Below, piece by piece: positions 25,708 to 30,132 of a DNA stretch of 30,132 nt. Position 1 is the stretch's first letter, and each line of letters opens with the position of its first letter. The position numbers were made by a program, and so were the translations under genes. The DNA is from Kiritimatiellia bacterium (GTDB taxonomy: Bacteria; Verrucomicrobiota; Kiritimatiellia; RFP12; UBA1067), in NCBI GenBank assembly GCA_028701555.1, contig JAQVQN010000001.1:1-30132 (forward strand). The letters are read 5' to 3'. Under the pieces are notes generated by a model that saw nothing but the letters and a program-made list of their open reading frames with translations, made no database searches and had not been told where the DNA came from.

Positions 25708-27276
25708 ATGAGACCAGTGGTGTTGATTATACGTGACGGATGGGGGATTAATCCGCGGGAAGAGGGTAATGCGGTTTTCGCGGCTAAGACGCCGGTGATC
25801 GACCGGCTTAAGGCGCGGTACCCCTGGACGCGGCTGGCTTGCAGCGGCGAGGCGGTGGGGCTGCCGGAGGGGTATCAGGGGTCGAGCGAGGTCGGGCATC
25901 TGAACATGGGTGCCGGGCGCGTGGTGATTCAGGAGCTGAAGCGCATTGACGACGGTCTGAGCACGGGAGAGCTTTTCAAGTCGGACAAATGGTCGGCGTT
26001 GGTTGAGAACTGGAAAGCGCATAATAGCGCGCTGCATTTCATGGGGCTGCTGCAGGACGAGGGTGTGCATGCGCACCAGGAGCATCTGTTCAAGCTGATG
26101 CGGCGCGCACGGGAGGAGTGTCCCGCAGGCCGCATCGTGGTGCATCCGTTTCTGGACGGGCGCGACACGCCGCCGCGCAGCACGCTCGAGTACATCGCGC
26201 GTCTTGAGAAAGAGATGGCGGCGGTGGGCAACTGTGTGATCGGAACTGTGCAGGGGCGCTATTACGCCATGGACCGTTCGAAAAACTACGCTTTGACCGA
26301 CACGGCCTACGCTTGTATCGTCGCGGGTCAGGGACGCAAGGCATCTTCGGCGGAGGCGGCGGTCAAGGAGTCCTACGACAAAGACCAGACGCCGGACCAG
26401 ACGCCGATGGTTGACGAGTACATTCCGCCGTATGTGATCGGCGGGTATGCGGGCATGGCTGAAGGCGACTCTGTGATGCACTTTAATTACCGCCAGGACC
26501 GGGCGATCCAGTTGTCGCAGGCTTTCGTCTGCGAAGACTACGCTGGCAAGCGCGTGGCGCGGCCGCAGATCCAGTATCTGGGCTTCACCCGTTACTGGAA
26601 CGAGTTCAGCGAGTATCTGCTGGGCGCGATGGGGGGTGACGGCGGCATGGATAATCTGCTGGGCGAGGTCATCTCCGCCGCCGGACTGCGTCAGCTCCGC
26701 ATTGCCGAGACGCAGAAATTCCGGCATGTGACCAGCTTCTTCAACGGCAAGTCCACTGACCCGTATGCAGGGGAGGAGCAGGTGGACGTGCCGAGCCGCT
26801 TTGATCCGGCCATGTTCGCCAGTCATCCCGAGATGGAGGCGTACAACGTGACGGAAGAACTGCTCAAGCGGTTGCAGGACAATCCATACGCTTTTGTGGC
26901 GGTGAACTTCGCCAATTGCGACATGGTGGGCCATACCGGAGATATCGAAGCAGCGCGCAAGGCGGTCGAGATTGTCGACGAGTGTGTCGGGCGGCTCCTG
27001 CCGCGGCTTTTTGAAATGGACGCGCATGTGCTGATCACCGCTGACCACGGTAACGCAGAACAGATGCGGGATTACGAAACCGGGACTGACAAGACCAGCC
27101 ACACCCTGAATGAAGTCGAGTGTTTCTACGTGGCCAGGGACTCGGTGGGGGTCAAGCTGGCGGAGGCAGGCAAGCTGAGCGACATTGCGCCGACAGTGCT
27201 GGCGTTGCTGGGTTTGCCCGTGCCGAAGGAGATGACAGCCGATAATCTGATCCAGGGGCGACCGGATTGGGAGTGA
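25708..27276 (+). CDS. gpmI: 2,3-bisphosphoglycerate-independent phosphoglycerate mutase
   Basis: Motifs LIIRDGWG, GSSEVGHLNMGAGR, RYYAMDR, NYRQDRA, AETQK..HVT.FFNG, NCDMVGHTG and ITADHGNAE. Confidence 0.96.
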   Translation: MRPVVLIIRDGWGINPREEGNAVFAAKTPVIDRLKARYPWTRLACSGEAVGLPEGYQGSSEVGHLNMGAGRVVIQELKRIDDGLSTGELFKSDKWSALVENWKAHNSALHFMGLLQDEGVHAHQEHLFKLMRRAREECPAGRIVVHPFLDGRDTPPRSTLEYIARLEKEMAAVGNCVIGTVQGRYYAMDRSKNYALTDTAYACIVAGQGRKASSAEAAVKESYDKDQTPDQTPMVDEYIPPYVIGGYAGMAEGDSVMHFNYRQDRAIQLSQAFVCEDYAGKRVARPQIQYLGFTRYWNEFSEYLLGAMGGDGGMDNLLGEVISAAGLRQLRIAETQKFRHVTSFFNGKSTDPYAGEEQVDVPSRFDPAMFASHPEMEAYNVTEELLKRLQDNPYAFVAVNFANCDMVGHTGDIEAARKAVEIVDECVGRLLPRLFEMDAHVLITADHGNAEQMRDYETGTDKTSHTLNEVECFYVARDSVGVKLAEAGKLSDIAPTVLALLGLPVPKEMTADNLIQGRPDWE

Positions 27277-27335
27277 CGCACAAAGGCAGAGACGAGCGTC
27301 CAACGCGGGCACAGTCCGTAGCCCAATTTCAGAAT

Positions 27336-27363
27336 CACGGATTGACGCGGATAAACACAGATT
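27336..27363 (+). repeat. Degenerate short tandem repeat (cacggat-family)
   Basis: cacggattg acgcggata aacacagat: three degenerate 9-nt-period units in the intergenic region. Confidence 0.45.
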
Positions 27364-27446
27364 CTTGTTGTGTTTTTTGTTCGAGATTGAATGGGGCTGC
27401 GGGCTTGGCCCTCTTGGAGTGAATCGAAGGAATCGATGGGGGAGCC

Positions 27447-28637
27447 ATGCGGATTGCATTTCTCATAGCCATGTTGTTTATCCAGAGTGCTCTGGCTGTA
27501 ATCAGGTTTGACAACGGTTTCTACAGTCCGCGCAACCGGGATCGGGCGGTGCGCAAAGCCACCTCGCTGATCGTTCTGCACACTACGGAAGCGCCTTCCA
27601 GCAGTGCTTTGCGAAAATTGCGGGACATGGGGGAGTGTCACTACTGCATAGACGAGCGGGGGATTGTATACCGGATCATTGATCACCGCCGCGAGGCCTA
27701 TCACGCGGGACGGAGCATGTGGAACGGGCGCGCCAATGTGGACTCCTTTGCGGTCGGCATAGAGGTCTGCGGGTATCACAACAAGCCGTTGAATGCGGCT
27801 CAATATTCGGCATTGTTGGCGCTGGTCGGCGAACTGAAGCATATTTACAAGATCGCGGATCACAATGTTTTGGCGCACTCGCATGTGGCGTACGGTGCGC
27901 CCAACAAGTGGCACAAGCGCAGCCACCGCGGCCGCAAACGGTGCGGCATGATGTTCGCTTTGCCGTCGGTTCGGGCGCGTCTGAACCTCAAGTCGAGGCC
28001 GTTGGCTGATCCTGATGTGCGGGCCGGGCGGCTGGTGGTGGGAGATGCCTATCTGGCGAAGGTTTTGTACGGTTCCGTGCCGCAGCAGCAGGCGGTCGCC
28101 AAGCTAAGTGCGCCGGGGGGAAATGTGATAGCCCAGGGCCGTAGCGCTTGGGATATCGCGCGTGAGGCTTATAATAAGAGCGATACCATCTACATTTTTC
28201 CGGACGGCACACAGAAGCGCGGGCATCAGATACCCGATTTCCGGAAAGTGCTGGCCGGCACCAGAGTGGTTGTGAACTCCAAAGAAGACAATCTGCCGGA
28301 GACATATCAGACCATCGGCGTCAACGGCAAGGCGCAGGACATCGCCGGTGAAGAGGTTATGGCGGCTTCCACGGTGTATGTCTTCCCCGACGGGAAGTAT
28401 ATGCGTGGCAGCCAATTAAGCGCGGCGGCGGTGCTGAAACTGCCTTACGGCACGAAAGTTTTGACCGGCTATGCGGTAGGGGGGCCGATCACAGCCAAAA
28501 GACCCGCGACGGAGATTTGCGGCAACCGGTGGCGGTCGGCCGACACATTCTTCTTGATTGCGGGAGTCCTGGTGCCCGGCGATAAGGTCGACGACAGCAA
28601 GATTCCGGCCGGCACGATGGTGTTCTTCAAGAGCTGA
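27447..28637 (+). CDS. Secreted N-acetylmuramoyl-L-alanine amidase (Amidase_2/AmpD-like) with three C-terminal repeats
   Basis: Signal peptide ending SALA. Motifs IVLHTT, HYCID, AYHAG.S.W, VGIEV and LAHSHV; three ~50-aa repeats in aa ~226-394. Confidence 0.88.
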   Translation: MRIAFLIAMLFIQSALAVIRFDNGFYSPRNRDRAVRKATSLIVLHTTEAPSSSALRKLRDMGECHYCIDERGIVYRIIDHRREAYHAGRSMWNGRANVDSFAVGIEVCGYHNKPLNAAQYSALLALVGELKHIYKIADHNVLAHSHVAYGAPNKWHKRSHRGRKRCGMMFALPSVRARLNLKSRPLADPDVRAGRLVVGDAYLAKVLYGSVPQQQAVAKLSAPGGNVIAQGRSAWDIAREAYNKSDTIYIFPDGTQKRGHQIPDFRKVLAGTRVVVNSKEDNLPETYQTIGVNGKAQDIAGEEVMAASTVYVFPDGKYMRGSQLSAAAVLKLPYGTKVLTGYAVGGPITAKRPATEICGNRWRSADTFFLIAGVLVPGDKVDDSKIPAGTMVFFKS

Positions 28638-29160
28638 GCATTGAGGAAATCGCCTTACAAATGGCCGATGGCTCGGCCATGCGGCCTTTGCCGGAGGTGC
28701 CGCAGGCTAGGTCGCCGGTGTCGGCATCGACGAATTTAGCCTGACGGCTTTGCAGCAGGGCCACATTCGCCTGTGTCGCGGGATGTTCCCACATGGCGGT
28801 GTTCATGGCGGGCACCACGAGCAAGGGCGCTTTCGAAGCCAGTGCGGTTGCGGTCAACAGGTCATCAGCCAGTCCGTGAGCCAGTTTAGCGATAACATTG
28901 GCGGTGCAGGGCGCGATAACCAGCAGGTCGGCGGAGGCCAGCGCGATGTGCCCTGGCATCCACTCCGAGGGCTCCTCGAACATTTCCGTATAGACCTTGT
29001 TGCGCGACAGGGTGAGGAAGGTCAGCGGAGCGACGAAGCGGGCTGCCGACTCTGTCATCACCACGCGGACTTGATGTCCGGCCTGGACTAAGAGACGGGT
29101 TAGTTCGCAAGCCTTGTAGGCGGCGATCGAGCCGGTGACGCCTAGAGTGATGGTAGCCAT
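28627..29160 (-). CDS. coaC: Phosphopantothenoylcysteine decarboxylase (stand-alone flavoprotein)
   Basis: Motifs LGVTGSIAAYK, VMTESA..FV, HIAL, APCTANVIAKLAHGLADD, PAMNTAMW and GDLACG..GKGRM. AGGAGG SD. Ends before any CoaB domain. Confidence 0.9.
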   Translation of the reverse strand: MATITLGVTGSIAAYKACELTRLLVQAGHQVRVVMTESAARFVAPLTFLTLSRNKVYTEMFEEPSEWMPGHIALASADLLVIAPCTANVIAKLAHGLADDLLTATALASKAPLLVVPAMNTAMWEHPATQANVALLQSRQAKFVDADTGDLACGTSGKGRMAEPSAICKAISSMLSS

Positions 29161-29197
29161 TTGTTTAACCTCCTGGTTCGGGCGCAGCCCGCATTAT

Positions 29198-29791
29198 TCA
29201 TATCAAGCCGGCATTCACATTGATGATGTCGCAGAGTCGGCGGAAAGCTGCGTCCAAGTCGTCGTTAGTGACTTGGAACATGTATTCGCCGGCGTGAGAA
29301 AGTTCCTCTTTCGCGTTCTTGATGCGTTTCTCGATGGTTTGCGGAGAGTCAGTAGAGCGGCGCTCTAGCCGGGCAGTCAGTTCCTGCAGCGAGGGAGGGT
29401 TGATGAAGATGTCGATAAATCCCTCTTTAAGGGGGTTGCCCGGCGGCAGGGATCTCACATGTTTGCGCACCTGCCGCGCACCTGCCACATCGATGTCCAG
29501 CAGCACACATTGGTTTTCAGCCAGGGCTTGGTATATGGGGGCTTTAAGAGTGCCGTAATAGTTGTCGTGCACCAGCGCGTGCTCCAGAAAGAGGTCTTCC
29601 TTGAGCATCTGCTTGAACCTGGACTGGTCCATGAAGTGATAATCTATGCCGTCCTCCTCGTTAATGCGCGGCTCGCGAGTGGTGCATGAGACGGAGTAGC
29701 AGATTTCCGGGTAATTCTGCAGCAGCAGGTCGCACAGAGTGGTTTTACCGGCGCCGGAAGGGGCTGACATGACAATAAAAAGGGGTTTCAT
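29198..29791 (-). CDS. gmk: Guanylate kinase
   Basis: Motifs SAPSGAGKTT, SVSCTTREPR..E.DG.DY.F, YYGT, LDIDVAGA and FINPPS..EL..RL..R. Confidence 0.96.
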   Translation of the reverse strand: MKPLFIVMSAPSGAGKTTLCDLLLQNYPEICYSVSCTTREPRINEEDGIDYHFMDQSRFKQMLKEDLFLEHALVHDNYYGTLKAPIYQALAENQCVLLDIDVAGARQVRKHVRSLPPGNPLKEGFIDIFINPPSLQELTARLERRSTDSPQTIEKRIKNAKEELSHAGEYMFQVTNDDLDAAFRRLCDIINVNAGLI

Positions 29792-29828
29792 CCGCAGGTT
29801 TCCTAGATTATCGATTTGATGGCGAATT

Positions 29829-29856
29829 AGTTTAGCGAGTCGGCGCGTATCGTCAA
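29829..29856 (-). promoter_or_regulatory. Putative sigma70 promoter of gmk-coaC
   Basis: Minus strand TTGACG (29856-29851), 16-nt spacer, TAAACT (29834-29829). Confidence 0.55.
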
Positions 29857-29941
29857 AGCTAAAAGCTCAGTACCACGTAATGCGGGTGCGACTCAAACAG
29901 TGAAATAGCACCCGTGCTTTTCTATCAAGATAGGCTGGGCG

Positions 29942-30130
29942 TCAGATGGTGCGTGAGGCGGCGCGGAAGGCACTCATGGCGCAGTTGAAGCGCTCTTTGA
30001 ACAGTCGCGCCAGATAGCTCTCGCGCTCGAAGCAGCACTGGCGCGTGATCTCGCCGATCGGCAGGTTGGTCTCTGCCAGCAGTGTGCAGACCCGCTCCAG
30101 ACGCACGCGGCGTATCTCGTCAAGAATCGT
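29942..30130 (-). CDS. AraC/XylR-type transcriptional regulator, C-terminal HTH only (5'-truncated by window edge; absent from ORF track)
   Basis: Manual translation: TILDEIRRVRLERVCTLLAETNLPIGEITRQCCFERESYLARLFKERFNCAMSAFRAASRTI*, matching the AraC second-HTH pattern. Confidence 0.85.
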   Translation of the reverse strand, partial: TILDEIRRVRLERVCTLLAETNLPIGEITRQCCFERESYLARLFKERFNCAMSAFRAASRTI

Positions 30131-30132
30131 GC

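Noticed and set aside
25675-27459. 594-aa antisense ORF
   Set aside because: It is the shadow of gpmI, expected from GC-rich codon bias, and has no recognisable motifs.
29882-29933. Hairpin CGGGTGC...GCACCCG and near-palindrome CTATCAAGATAG between the AraC gene and gmk
   Set aside because: Large loop, no U-tract and no recognisable RNA family; could be a weak terminator or operator, but it is unsupported.

Overview
A gene-dense, GC-rich bacterial chromosomal window. Its gene styles (Rhodopirellula/Verrucomicrobium-type ECF sigma, planctomycete-type FecR anti-sigma, UAP1-type pyrophosphorylase, stand-alone CoaC) suggest a PVC-superphylum organism, possibly Kiritimatiellota/Lentisphaerae; this is inference only. 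There are 23 protein-coding genes (two truncated by the window edges) and one tRNA-Ser(CGA). Housekeeping blocks: aminotransferase IV, PTS EIIA, purL, aconitase, purN, prfB, UDP-sugar pyrophosphorylase, gpmI, amidase, coaC, gmk. A MoxR/DUF58/transglutaminase operon and an orphan response regulator paired with a Tat oxidoreductase are also present. An accessory-looking block (about 9.36-16.2 kb) next to the tRNA 3' end carries ECF sigma, FecR anti-sigma, a glycosidase-like protein and an SGNH esterase. The most unusual feature: the FecR anti-sigma ORF runs in frame, through a linker full of heptamer repeats and hairpins, into what looks like a complete second gene with its own Shine-Dalgarno, ATG, signal peptide and a non-catalytic FGE/C-type-lectin-fold domain. 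Other notable items are a 75-bp in-frame palindromic insertion, a C2H2-zinc-finger/winged-helix hypothetical protein, an amidase with three LysM-like repeats, and a prfB lacking the programmed frameshift. No rRNA, CRISPR array, integrase or transposase was seen. All functional calls come from motif recognition by eye; no database searches were run.
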